DNA of 64,000 nucleotides, taken from NCBI GenBank assembly GCA_963733675.1, contig CAVTET010000001.1:768001-832000 (forward strand). The letters run 5' to 3'. The notes under the pieces are model-generated. The model worked only from the letters and a program-made list of their open reading frames with translations. It did no database searches and was not told the DNA's origin. This document shows, piece by piece, positions 1 through 10,657 of this stretch (positions within the stretch are counted from its first letter, which is position 1; every line of letters starts with the position of its first letter). The DNA comes from an uncultured Methanosarcinaceae archaeon. GTDB lineage: Archaea; Halobacteriota; Methanosarcinia; Methanosarcinales; Methanosarcinaceae. A program made the position numbers and the translations under genes.

Positions 1-871
1 CCAGTTTTGTTAGATCCTCTCCGTCCATTGTCTCAAGTACTTCATAGTCAATATACCTGCCCTGCTTGAGGACATTTTTAATCATGTCTGTAGCTGTAAT
101 GAGTATCTCTTTCGAACCATTTTGCTTGATTGCCCTGAATTTTGAGTATTTCACATGTGGGTTCACACCTACAGCTACGTTTGCCGGAATTGTCCAGGGA
201 GTTGTTGTCCATATAACTATGAAGGTGTCTTCACAATTTTTGATCTTGAATTTTACATAAATCGAAGGGTCTGTCCGCTCGGAATATTCAACCTCTGAAT
301 CTGCAATTGCAGTCTCACAGCGGGGGCACCAGTTGACAGAACGCTTGCCCATCTCCAGTAAGTCTTTTTCGTAGGCTTTTTTGAGTGTCCACCAGGCAGC
401 TTCGATGTAATCGTCTTTTAAGGTCATGTAAGGATCTGTCCATTGCATCCAGACACCAAGCCTTTGGAACTGTTCAGTCATTGCCTGCTTCTGGGTAATA
501 GCAAACTCTTTGCATTTTGCAATAAAATTTTCTACCCCAAAGCTCTCTATATCCTTCTTGGATTTGAAGCCGAGAATTCCTTCGACCTTGACCTCGATTG
601 GCAGGCCGTGCATATCCCAGCCAGGACGCTCAAGGATGTAGCGGTTGTTCATGGAATAATAGCGAAGAATAGAATCTTTGATGATCTTGTTCCAAGCAGT
701 TCCAAGATGTATATGCCCGGTAGTATACGGGGGGCCGTCAACAAAAAAAAACTTTCTTCCAATCTTGCGGAGCTCCCTGGTTTTTAGATACGCATCACTG
801 TCTTCCCAGAACTGCATTACTTTTTTTTCTATCCTACCTGCATCGTATTTGGAAATGATTTCTTTTATCAT
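1..871 (-). CDS. ileS: Isoleucyl-tRNA synthetase, N-terminal part (continues beyond the window's left edge)
   Basis: Manual translation from ATG at 871 gives [24 protein letters not shown]...[26 protein letters not shown]...[15 protein letters not shown]...[17 protein letters not shown]. This has the class Ia HIGH-type and GWDxHGLPIE motifs of archaeal IleRS. It is absent from the ORF track because it has no stop in the window. Confidence 0.95.
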   Translation of the reverse strand, partial: MIKEIISKYDAGRIEKKVMQFWEDSDAYLKTRELRKIGRKFFFVDGPPYTTGHIHLGTAWNKIIKDSILRYYSMNNRYILERPGWDMHGLPIEVKVEGILGFKSKKDIESFGVENFIAKCKEFAITQKQAMTEQFQRLGVWMQWTDPYMTLKDDYIEAAWWTLKKAYEKDLLEMGKRSVNWCPRCETAIADSEVEYSERTDPSIYVKFKIKNCEDTFIVIWTTTPWTIPANVAVGVNPHVKYSKFRAIKQNGSKEILITATDMIKNVLKQGRYIDYEVLETMDGEDLTKL

Positions 872-1537
872 ATAAGAATCTCCCTGATTGAAAATTAGAT
901 AAAGTGGAAATTCGATAAGTTTAGGCTAGATCTTGCAATTGCTCTATAGCTGCTGGTAATTAACTACTAAAGGTGGATTACTGAATAAATCTGCTATCTA
1001 CTGCATATATTCTAAATCTCAAACAAATATTTGAATCGAAAAATATCCGTATCAAATATAAAACAAACTTTGTCCTATAGGGGATATTAACAGATCTTCC
1101 GCATAGCAATCAATTTATCCAGTAATTACTGTACATAATTTAAGCTTTGTTATAACGTGAACAGAAAAACATTTTTTTTATTTTCTGTTTACGTCCACAA
1201 TATTGATCAATTCTAAAGACACATGGTAACATTTTTAGCATATGTAAATGTGTTAAAAGGCTTTATTTATGGGGAAGCGACAAAATATTGAGTTATTGAA
1301 CATAGTTAATACTAATTTTTTTCAGGCTAAAACAAGTTGCAGAATTGTGAAATAACGATTAATTTTTTGATTCCATCATATATTTAAAAAAATCTCAGTC
1401 TTTTTATTCCCATAGCCAACTTGCATAAAGTTCTCATTTATTTTATATGCAGTTTTGCAGGTGGTTCAAGCTCCCAGTTTTTCTGAGCTGAAGAATTGGA
1501 AGAATAAAGTTTTGGATCCCAGTAGTATAATCTGAAT

Positions 1538-2805
1538 GTCAACTACCTGCTACTTAAGTAACAGGGCTGGATATCTCTCTGATCAATTAATCATATTATC
1601 CGTGTGGTGGTTGACAGAAACCCATGAGACTCTAGATATACGTATAGTTTCATGTTCTATGTTCGATGTTTTTAGCGCCGTTCAAATCGGCACTAAGTTC
1701 AAAACTACAAGCTTTACACAGGAATTTCAATCCATTTATACTGTTTTTAGAGATATAGTCACATCTACAACAAATTCTAAAAGTATGCCCCAAATTCACA
1801 TATTCTGTTATTAATCCAGAACTCTTTGCCGTCATATTCGATGAATTGTTGTTAGTTCTATCCCTTATTCTTGTTAAGTCCTCTAAACCTATTACAGAAA
1901 CACCGTTTTCAACTGCAAATTTTACGATTTCTTTGGAGATACAATGATTAATATCTGTTATTAGACGTTTCTCTTTCCAGTTAAATGCTTTATCGTCCTC
2001 TTAGCTGACAAAATTCCCTTAAATCGTAATCTGGCTCTCATATTTTTATATGCGTTTCGTTTGTTTTTTATTTCTCCACCGGCAAAAGACTTGCATTTCT
2101 TGTCAGTAGTGGAAGCTACAGCTAAGAAATTTATACCTAGATCTATACCCATGAAAGTCCAAGCTTCTTCTATTTTCTTTGTCTGGAAGTTCTTGTGATG
2201 AGTAAGATGGAAATAATAATCACCATCTTTATGCTTCACTACTTTAGAAGCTTCAAATTTCCAAGGAGACTTAAGTAATTGTTTTGCATAAGGATAGTTA
2301 CAGATTTTATAGGTTTTCCTATCATGACTAAATGTAATTATACTCACTGAGTCTTCGGTTATAATATAATCTCTTATAAGATAATGTCATAGAAGTCAGA
2401 AAGTAAGTTATTTTTGCCAGTGACTCTTTCCTGTTTTTTCAAGTTCTATTATTGTTTTGTAGGTCTCAGCCACTTGTCTTGGAATGTTACAACTCACTTG
2501 AGACTTCAAACAGATGTTTCCTCGGAGATGAGCATAAACCATAGGTTATAATTTTCTAGCTGGAATGTTTCTCCCATTATCAAAAACTACACTAGAAACG
2601 TAGTTCATTCCATATGCATATTTTTTCAGAGTCTTTACTAAATCAAAATAAGTATCCATTATTTTCAATGGTATTGTTTTAGTAGATTCCATGACAAGTG
2701 TACTCATACAAAAAAATTTATAATTTTCGTGTGAATATTATACTAAAACAGGAGTTAATAAAATTACGCATTCCTCTCACATCTAAAGAAGTTTGAATCC
2801 TGTTT
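1538..2805 (-). mobile_element. IS200/IS605-family tnpB-only (IS1341-like) element, decayed
   Basis: tnpB pseudogene flanked by a right-end motif (minus strand ...CAGCCCTGTTACTTAAGTAGCAGGTAGTTGAC ending at 1538) and a left-end-like motif (GCATTCCTCTCACATCTAAAGAAG, ~2768-2800). Confidence 0.7.
1650..2692 (-). pseudogene. tnpB: TnpB RNA-guided nuclease pseudogene
   Basis: Fragments carry RuvC-I (MGIDLGINFLAV) and the zinc finger plus RuvC-III (CCRC...FLCKACSFELSADLNGAKNI). There is an ATG at 2692, an early TAA and several frameshifts. Confidence 0.88.
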
Positions 2806-2909
2806 CGATTCTTGAATTTTTTATTTTATATCTCAAATGCAGGATTATTACCCATTTTTTAGAATTGTTTAATAACTCATGAACAAGGCCCAAGTTCGTA
2901 AATCCACTA

Positions 2910-3783
2910 AGAGCCTATCCGAAAAATAATATACTTTCAATTTAAGATCATGTGTGGTAATGACAAAACGGAAAATTGTTCATGACTACGAAATTTCTGA
3001 AGATTATTGGAAAAAAATAGAACCTTTACTACCTGTACCTAAGCCAAAAAAGAAGTCTGGAAGACCTAGGAAGGGTGATAGGAAAATAATGAGTGACATC
3101 TTCTATCTCCTTGTTACTGGTTGCCAATGGAAAACATTGCCACGATTTTATGGAGCTCCAAGCACTGTACATGATCGATTTCAGGAATGGCAACTATCAG
3201 GCTTATTTGAGAGCATGTGGCTGGCTGGTCTTGTTGAGTGTGATTTCGAAAAAGGATTAGAATGGGAATGACAATCAACCGATGGTACTATGACAAAAGC
3301 ACCATTAAGTGGAGCTGGAACAGGAGCCAATCCTACTGATCGTGGTAAAAAAGGTACAAAAAGGATTGTTTTAACTGATGGTAAAGGCATACCACTTTCT
3401 GTTGTCGTTGATGGAGCCAATCGTCACGATAAAAAGCTTGTAAAAAGGACTTTAGACGCCATATTCTTTGAAAGACCTTCTCCAGAAGACATAATTCAGA
3501 ATATATACATGGATAAGGGTTATGATTTCACCGATATCAGAAAATTGGTTGAAGAATATGGTTATACTGCGCATATCAAAAGTCGTGGAGACGAAAACAT
3601 CAGAAGAGACATACCTGGTTTTAGGGCAAGAAGATGGGTTGTAGAAAGGACACATTCTTGGCTGAATAGATTCAGAAGACTCCTTATAAGATGGGAAAAG
3701 AAAATTGGAAATTACCTTGCTATCCTACATTTAGCGTGCGCGTTGATAACATTCAGATCAGCAGGACTTTTCAGATAGCCTCT
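2910..3783 (+). mobile_element. IS5-family (IS427/IS1031-like) insertion sequence
   Basis: 16-bp terminal inverted repeats AGAGCCTATCCGAAAA / TTTTCAGATAGCCTCT (2 mismatches), with TA on both flanks. The transposase has GRPR...GCQW..LP, DGANRHD, DKGYD and RWVVERTHSWL motifs. Confidence 0.9.
2954..3778 (+). pseudogene. IS5 transposase interrupted by an in-frame TGA at 3269-3271
   Basis: ORFs 2954..3271 and 3290..3778 are in the same frame: GAA TGG GAA TGA CAA TCA ACC GAT GGT. A Trp is expected at the TGA (LEWEWQS.DG). Confidence 0.85.
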
Positions 3784-3789
3784 TACTAT

Positions 3790-4687
3790 AATTTTTTTCT
3801 TTGCTGGCCCCCTGTCCAAATCTTTCTTGCTAATTTCTATATTTGACCTGATTTTTTTCTTTTCTGGTTCATTATCCTTTTATTTTAAAAATAGAGTCCC
3901 TATCCTTAAAATACTCCTTTTAATTACATTTTGATTTTACTCCAAAGTATCCTCTGGCCTTGTAAACCACTTCATTTTTTTCAGATAAATCTACATACGA
4001 ATCACGAATTTATGTGGTTGTTGTTTTGAATTTTCCAATCAGCTCATAAACCCGCTATATTGTATTATGACATTTAATATCCTCAGTGTGACTTACCACC
4101 CACTTTTTGTCCATGTTCAATCTTTTCCCCTCCTTGTTTTTGCCTTATTTTGTAGAGGTTTATCCGCTTTTGCATGCCCAGGATTTTAATGAATAAAAGT
4201 AGAGCTCTGAATCATTCCTTTTTTTATTTTCAAATCAAGATAAACAAGTTGGCTTTGCAACTGTCATCACATTTGTTCTTCTTTACAATTACCAATAATT
4301 CTTTTCGGAATGACTAGATTGTGGTGCTGTATGCTATTTGCTCAGGCGAACAAATAAATTTTCTGAAAGAAATTCGATTAATACATTGTTTTAAGGTTCA
4401 AAGTATGAAAGATCATGAAATTTCTTTAAAAAACATTTTTAATATAATGATTACTTAAGCTTCAGGTCTAACTCATGGAACTATTTTGTTAAAATATATG
4501 GACTCAAAAATAATATGAAAAGATTTCCAATCAATTAAGGAATTAATTTCAGGAACTTTGTATCTATTATTGGAGACGTTTGTATTCTTCTTTGAGAGCA
4601 AAATCAGAAAAAGTTTTCAAAAGTAAAAATTAATGTTAAGAAATTTAAAATCTCCAATACTCAAGTTCATGAGAATTTATCGAAATT
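3790..4687 (-). mobile_element. Decayed IS5-group element remnant
   Basis: Homologous to the copy at 36683-37837 (shared blocks such as GTTGGCTTTGCAACTG). TIR GAGAATTTATCGAAATT at 4671-4687. Many stops. Confidence 0.8.
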
Positions 4688-4755
4688 AAAAATTTCGATC
4701 AAAATTTCTCTCCTGTATTTTATTTTCCGGAACAGAAAAAGGTCTAATTGCGAGC

Positions 4756-7623
4756 TTACTTATTCTCAGCACTTTCAGACTGCAGAGACTGAATTTCTCC
4801 GTGAACTACCCTATACGATTCGACAGCTTTTGGGGCTCCGAGAAGGAGTTTCCTAATCCTGTTATGAACGCTAGGAAACTTCTGGTAGTCCAGTTCTTCA
4901 AGGAGATTTGCCAGGATTTTTATCAGTGGAATATGGTACTTTACCTCCATCTGGTCTATATTTGCAAAAGCATTGAGCATATTGACAGTACTATACTCAT
5001 TTATTGGGGCCAGTTTTCGCAGGCTCTCTGCAAAGAGATCTCTGCCTTCTTCTGTCTGGAGAGACTTCTTGCGGTTGCGAGCAAAGCTTCCGTAAAGGGC
5101 TCGCTGGTCATTTGTTTGTTCAATCCTGAAAGCTGTTGACCTTCCCATTTCTCTGATCAGTTTGACAGCATCAGCACTGCTGTTGTTTCCTATAACTGCA
5201 AGGAAGGCTTCCCAGGCAACGAGGTTCTGCTTTGATTCTGCTTCAAAAGCTCTTAGGACTTCAATTTTGTCAGATGCGGAGCTATTAAGGTATGTAGCAA
5301 ATGCACTAAGCCTATCAGTTGCGCAGGTTGCAGTCTCAAACTGCTGTTTTATGAGGAAATGGATGTCAGGAGTATCAAGTGTTGCAAGAATGCCTAGGCA
5401 TATATTTTTTGCCTGTCTGCTTTTGATCACTCTTGCTGTCTCGTCTAGCGTCGAATCCCTCGTAACTGATGAATTTTCAAAAAAACGGTAGGCAGAAACA
5501 ACGGAATTTCTGTATTTCCAGGCAACTGCCTTTAAAAGCTTATTTTTTACATCATAAAGTGCCTGATAATGGTGGGCAAATTCCTCGTCTTCCACGGACT
5601 CAAAGATGGTCAAAAATTGCCCTCCTGCCTTTTCGAGAAGCTGTCGATCGTTCAAGAGTTTGTAGTAGAGCTCAATAAAATCTTCTGAAGGCTTTGATTC
5701 AGAATTTGTTAGTAGCCTCATCTTTTCCCTGTCAACCAGGGTATAGAAGGCTATAAATCTGCCTATTGTATCGCTGTCTTTTCTTACCTGCAGCAAAAGT
5801 TCATCTTGGCTGGCTCTGTAGACAAGTTTCCCGTAAAAAGAATAGCCTCTATTGAGGGAGAGAAAGGCTGGAATGTCCACGTTTTCAACATTTATTTTCG
5901 CAGTTTCTCCACTGACCCTTTCCAGAACTTCGACAAGGTCATTTCCGTTTTCGTCCACAAGTGCTACTCTGAAAGGGAACTCCCATGGCTTTGCTCCCTC
6001 AGGAACATTCTGTTTCAGGGTGATAGTGAACTTTCTGGAAGCTTTTTCATGTTTAGTTGAAACCTCTACTGTAGGAAATTTTATCTGTCTTAGCCAGGTT
6101 TCAGACATCTCTTTTAAGGGCTGACCGCTTTCTTTTTCCATTGCTTCTATCCAATCCTGCGTACCTGCATTGGAGTGCTTGAATTTCCTGAAGTAAAGAT
6201 CCAGGCCCCGGGAAAATGTATCTTTTCCTATCAGGGTCTCGACCATGCGCACGTATTCCGGGGCTTTGATGTAGGTAACTGCAGTGATCAGATCATTAGG
6301 ATCATTAAAACCATCAGGAATAATCGGCATGGAAGCAGCTCCAGAGTCTAGGGCTAGAGTACCAGATGCAGGTGCGAGCAGTTCTAGCACCCTACCCAGC
6401 CTCTGGTAGTCTTCGCCAAAGATTAAGGCATGGTATTGCTCTTCCACATGCACAGTCACTGCTTCATTCAACCAAATCTCAAATGGGCTTTTTCCTGTCA
6501 CTTCGGATCCGTTCTGGTTATGGTAATATTCATGTATCTTGACCCGAATCATATACTCAAAAGCTGGGTCAGTTGTCTGAGGGAAAGGCATAATACGATT
6601 TGTGGTAATTGTGGTGTTTCCCACATTTTCCATACCCCCAAAGTCCGAATTCTGCATCCCTATTTCCCTGTACACGGTACCTGTATACTTGTACCCGTGA
6701 CTGATGGTTTTGACAAGTTCTGTAAGCTCATTCCGGATCTGTGCGAATTCTTTTAGCGTGGATTCGGACTTTGTCTCAAGTTTTATTTTTTCTTGCTTGT
6801 GGACAAGTTCCCAGACTTTCTTCCTGATCGGTAATTTCTCTTTGTCGAACTGCCCAGGCCCTGTAAAGATGTACACCCACATGATTGCATCATGAAGAAT
6901 GCTGAGAGCTCTTTCTGCAGCTTCTGCGCTTGAATCTGGTGGCACGAGCAGCTCAAGCATGAAGGTTCCTCCATCAGGGTACTCAAACTCCTTGGTAAAG
7001 GTTGAATAGGTCCCCACTCCAAGGAAAAAGAGATAGGTAGTCATTGGAGTGATCGAGTTCTCATAGACTATTTTGTCCCTCCCAGGCTTTAAGTTGTGTC
7101 GATTGAGCTGGATATTCCCGTTTGTGATAAGGTTTGTGTACCTTGAGTCTGCAATTATGGTAGTTTTATAAGTGCACTTTGCTCTCATGTCATCAATGCA
7201 GGGTACAATCCTCTGGAATCCCCACTGCTGGCATTGTGTGATCTGCTGCGGAGGAGCCTCTGCGGGAGTTTCGTCATAATAAAGTCCCTCAAGGATGTTA
7301 TTTGTCGGCCTACATACCGTATCTGTAATGACAGAGATCTCAGTATATGGGGGGATCATATCCATGAAATTAATCTCAAGAATCGCATCATGTTCCCTAT
7401 ATTTATAAGAGATCTCGGATTGTATGCAGCTCACAGCCCTAATCTCAAGGTTCTTGCAGTTTAATTCCAGTTTCTCTATAGGTTCATTTCTGGTCTTTAC
7501 CCTTAGCATGGATTTCACATTAGTCCTATCATCATAAACATCAAACACAAGGTCCATGTGCAAAACTTCAACTGTAAGATCTCCGAAGTCCTCGGGGTAA
7601 TACTTGTAAATCCTATGTTTCAT
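4756..7623 (-). CDS. pepN: Aminopeptidase N (M1 family metallopeptidase)
   Basis: GGMEN and HEYYH-x18-E zinc motifs, plus a C-terminal DUF3458-like region. Likely start is ATG at 7623, after an AGGTGA RBS. Confidence 0.93.
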   Translation of the reverse strand: MKHRIYKYYPEDFGDLTVEVLHMDLVFDVYDDRTNVKSMLRVKTRNEPIEKLELNCKNLEIRAVSCIQSEISYKYREHDAILEINFMDMIPPYTEISVITDTVCRPTNNILEGLYYDETPAEAPPQQITQCQQWGFQRIVPCIDDMRAKCTYKTTIIADSRYTNLITNGNIQLNRHNLKPGRDKIVYENSITPMTTYLFFLGVGTYSTFTKEFEYPDGGTFMLELLVPPDSSAEAAERALSILHDAIMWVYIFTGPGQFDKEKLPIRKKVWELVHKQEKIKLETKSESTLKEFAQIRNELTELVKTISHGYKYTGTVYREIGMQNSDFGGMENVGNTTITTNRIMPFPQTTDPAFEYMIRVKIHEYYHNQNGSEVTGKSPFEIWLNEAVTVHVEEQYHALIFGEDYQRLGRVLELLAPASGTLALDSGAASMPIIPDGFNDPNDLITAVTYIKAPEYVRMVETLIGKDTFSRGLDLYFRKFKHSNAGTQDWIEAMEKESGQPLKEMSETWLRQIKFPTVEVSTKHEKASRKFTITLKQNVPEGAKPWEFPFRVALVDENGNDLVEVLERVSGETAKINVENVDIPAFLSLNRGYSFYGKLVYRASQDELLLQVRKDSDTIGRFIAFYTLVDREKMRLLTNSESKPSEDFIELYYKLLNDRQLLEKAGGQFLTIFESVEDEEFAHHYQALYDVKNKLLKAVAWKYRNSVVSAYRFFENSSVTRDSTLDETARVIKSRQAKNICLGILATLDTPDIHFLIKQQFETATCATDRLSAFATYLNSSASDKIEVLRAFEAESKQNLVAWEAFLAVIGNNSSADAVKLIREMGRSTAFRIEQTNDQRALYGSFARNRKKSLQTEEGRDLFAESLRKLAPINEYSTVNMLNAFANIDQMEVKYHIPLIKILANLLEELDYQKFPSVHNRIRKLLLGAPKAVESYRVVHGEIQSLQSESAENK

Positions 7624-7857
7624 AAAAAGGTCACCTAGTGAAATTTGCAAGAGTTCTATTATGGGATAAAAAGGAAGGTATGTGATTTAAAGTTGTAGCT
7701 TAGGGGAGAAGACTATCTTTTTTCGTCCTCTTAATTTGATTGTTGTTTGGTAGACTCAAGGATCGATTATATTTTTTAAAAAATTGACAGTTTTAAACGC
7801 AATTATTTATGCTTAAGCTACTCAAAATTCTGTAATCACGAAAAACTAGACGGAAAC

Positions 7858-8712
7858 GGGTTCCGTTGCAAAAAATCTTTTCTAATGATACAATAGAATA
7901 AAAAGAAAACCAAAGATAGTAACATGCTATCTAATTCCTTTAAATGGAAGCATTATGAAGGGGAAATTATCTTATTGAATGTAAGATGGTACTTAAAATA
8001 TGCATTAAGTTATAGAAATTTAAAGGAAATGATGGCAGAAAGGGGAGTAAAAGTCGACCATACAACAATCATGAGATGGGTACATCAATATTCCCCTGAA
8101 ATAGAAAAGAAGATAAGAAGACATTTAAGACCAACAAATGATTCGTGGAGAGTTGATGAAACCTATATCAAAGTAAAAGGTAAATGGAAATATTTTTACC
8201 GAGCAGTTGACTCAAATGGAGATACAATTGATTTCATGTTAAGTTCAAAACGAGATAGAAAGGCAGCGAAGAGATTCTTTAAGAAAGCTTTAAGTTCTAA
8301 TCATAATCAAATTCCAAGATTAATAACCGTTGATAAGAATCCAGCTTATCCACCTGCTATAGATAAACTAAAAATTGATAAAATACTACCTAAAAACGTA
8401 GGCATTCGACAAATCAAGTATTTGAATAACATTATAGAACAAGATCATAGATCTATAAAACGGATAATTCGTCCAATGTTAGGATTCCAGTCTTTTCGAT
8501 TTGCTAATAAGACTTTAAAAGGAATTGAAGCTATGAATATGATCAAAAAAGAACAAGTAAATGATTTAAATTACTTTGGTTTTGATGAAGTCAAATACAT
8601 TAATCAATTGTTTGGTATAGTTTTATAATGTTAATACATTTTTCTTGAATATTTTGACTTTTTTATACTCATAGATTTACATATTTTTTTTGAATTTTTT
8701 GCAACGGAACCC
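7858..8712 (+). mobile_element. IS6-family insertion sequence, apparently intact
   Basis: Perfect 19-bp TIRs GGGTTCCGTTGCAAAAAAT at 7858 and 8712. No target-site duplication is visible. Confidence 0.95.
7924..8628 (+). CDS. IS6-family DDE transposase
   Basis: 234 aa, with FKWKH, WRVDETYIKVKGKW, TVDKNPAY and LNNIIEQDHR motifs. Confidence 0.95.
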   Translation: MLSNSFKWKHYEGEIILLNVRWYLKYALSYRNLKEMMAERGVKVDHTTIMRWVHQYSPEIEKKIRRHLRPTNDSWRVDETYIKVKGKWKYFYRAVDSNGDTIDFMLSSKRDRKAAKRFFKKALSSNHNQIPRLITVDKNPAYPPAIDKLKIDKILPKNVGIRQIKYLNNIIEQDHRSIKRIIRPMLGFQSFRFANKTLKGIEAMNMIKKEQVNDLNYFGFDEVKYINQLFGIVL

Positions 8713-8725
8713 ATTTAAGTCTTAT

Positions 8726-10231
8726 TCATTTGAGTCGTAATCGAGATCCGATTTCTTTCATAAAACTGTTGATACTGCTGGAAGAATCTGTCACGATAAT
8801 TTTTGCTTTTTCTTCTGCACACTGTGGTTTAGGCTTTACTTGCCTGCTCTCTAGCCCAAGCATTGAATAAACTTTAGAGATAATGGTATCGAGCTCGACT
8901 AATTCAATACTTCTGGAATCATGAAGCATGAGAGCTTCTTTTCTGTCAAGGGTTGAAAGCCAGATATTTTTCTCTATCAAGATCCTGAGGAGTTCTCTTT
9001 CTTCTTCAAGCCTGCATTTTACGCGCCTTATTCTATCGACGAGGGATTCGATTTCGTTTTCAAAAACTTTATTCTGAGCTGAGGTTAAAGTGCTTTTTTT
9101 TCCCACAGTTTCATCGATTGAATCAATTTCCCTGACTAGGTTATCGTAAGGATAGATCTTAGGAACTCCGTCTTTTTTAAAGGTATAGCTGTGGTTCTTA
9201 TGAGATAAATGATGAGTTTCGATTTCTTTTCTCAGCAGGAACTCTTCCCCACAGCTATCACAGATAACCTTTACAGAGAGTTCGTTTTTCAGAGCAATGC
9301 TTGCTGCAGCATGCAGGTCTTCTGCTTCCTGGCGCAGTTTTTCTGTGCTGATCCCTCCAGATACTACAAGTTCAAATACAACTTTTCGTAGATTTTCCCT
9401 CTCTTCAGGCAGATTCCAGAGCATATGCTGTAGCAAGAGTGCCATTGTTCTGTCTACTGCCATGCAGCCACTGCTACAAGCTGCAACTTTTAGGACCTGG
9501 ATAACTTTCTTCCAGCGCCTGTCCGAAATGTCAATCTCTTGCAACTGAAGATTTTTCCTAAGTTCGAGAATAATAAGCTCAACATCAGGGTCAACATGAA
9601 TATTTTTTGCACTTTCTCGAAGTTTGTATATCTCCGAAACTTGGATATTTAAAGAAGGTTTGAAATCGCCATGGTCTCTGAAAAGGAGATTTCGGAAGTT
9701 TTCATCGTCCTGAATATAGGTGAGTCTATACCTGAACAAAAAGCGGTCATAAAGAGCTTCGAGACTTTCATCTTCTTCAGGCAGCTCGTTAGAAGCTCCG
9801 AAAACAGATAACAAAGGAACATCTACAATCTCTTTACCATTATGGTATTTGCGTTCATTCAGGATCGTCAAGAGACTGTTTAGTATTGCACTGCTAGCCT
9901 TAAAAATCTCATCTAGTAAAGCGATATGAGAAGTTGGGAGGCAGCCCTCTATTTTTCGGCGGAACTCGTCTTCTTCTAGAGCTTTTAATGAGAGAGGGCC
10001 AAATATCTCCTCTGGAGTTGAGAAGCTTGTAAGGAGATAATTAAAAAAATTTCCTCCTTCAATGGACTGACATATATTCTTTGCGAGCTGGGTTTTTGCC
10101 GTTCCTGGAGGACCAAGAAAAATTATGTTTTCCCCCGACAGTACGGCAATAAGAGAACCACTAATTTCGGCTTCCCGCTCTTTGAAATAGCTCATAAATG
10201 TGGATTTGATTTCGATGAGTTTTTCTTTCAA
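8726..10231 (-). CDS. MoxR/RavA-type AAA+ ATPase with a C2H2 zinc-finger insert
   Basis: Walker A GPPGTAKT, STPEEIFGP, Walker B LLDEIFKA, ASNELP, ALYDRF and ISDRRW are RavA signatures. TTG start after a GGAGG RBS. Confidence 0.88.
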   Translation of the reverse strand: MKEKLIEIKSTFMSYFKEREAEISGSLIAVLSGENIIFLGPPGTAKTQLAKNICQSIEGGNFFNYLLTSFSTPEEIFGPLSLKALEEDEFRRKIEGCLPTSHIALLDEIFKASSAILNSLLTILNERKYHNGKEIVDVPLLSVFGASNELPEEDESLEALYDRFLFRYRLTYIQDDENFRNLLFRDHGDFKPSLNIQVSEIYKLRESAKNIHVDPDVELIILELRKNLQLQEIDISDRRWKKVIQVLKVAACSSGCMAVDRTMALLLQHMLWNLPEERENLRKVVFELVVSGGISTEKLRQEAEDLHAAASIALKNELSVKVICDSCGEEFLLRKEIETHHLSHKNHSYTFKKDGVPKIYPYDNLVREIDSIDETVGKKSTLTSAQNKVFENEIESLVDRIRRVKCRLEEERELLRILIEKNIWLSTLDRKEALMLHDSRSIELVELDTIISKVYSMLGLESRQVKPKPQCAEEKAKIIVTDSSSSINSFMKEIGSRLRLK

Positions 10232-10567
10232 GGCCAGGCCTCCAGGCTACAAGATGAAATGTGAAATAAAATCTCACAGCCATTTCTCTGAAGTGTTTAG
10301 CCTGAATCTATTTATATCCGATTTTAATTCTTCCAATAATTCCGTTACGTTATCCAATTTATAGTTTCATTTAACTACCATACATACCTATATTGGTTAC
10401 AACTATGATTGTTCATTTTTTAAATTAATTAATCTCTTCTCGTAAAATAATAAGTATATTATTTATTATGTGGCTAAATTTGTCAATGGTGAAAGTTTCA
10501 ATTCTTATTTTGGTGGATCTTGTTCTCAATGAGAATATCAGATTATGTTTCGTCATTCCAGCAATTT

Positions 10568-10657
10568 TAGAAGTTTCATTAGGCCTATGAGAATTCATAT
10601 TATCAAAAGTAGCTTCAGGCTGTTACCCCGGTCCATTCCCACTCCTCTGGGGAATTC
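10568..10657 (-). CRISPR. Orphan type I-E-like mini-array remnant: one 29-nt repeat, 32-nt spacer, degenerate second repeat
   Basis: Minus strand GAATTCCCCAGAGGAGTGGGAATGGACCG (10657-10629) fits the I-E pattern GWRTTCCCCRCnnnnGYGGGGATRRACCG. A second GAATTCTC begins exactly 61 nt downstream (10596). No cas genes occur in the window. Confidence 0.5.

Noticed and set aside
4801-7464. Many 60-160 aa ORFs antisense to or overlapping pepN (likewise cdc48, tiaS, nadE, aroA, the propeller gene and others)
   Set aside because: Antisense or alternate-frame shadows of real genes, with no RBS or domain evidence.
10292-10323. A bona fide protospacer for the mini-array spacer in the ATPase promoter
   Set aside because: The match covers spacer positions ~8-24 only, and the PAM-proximal seed mismatches. 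It could be chance, so it is mentioned only as a caveat.
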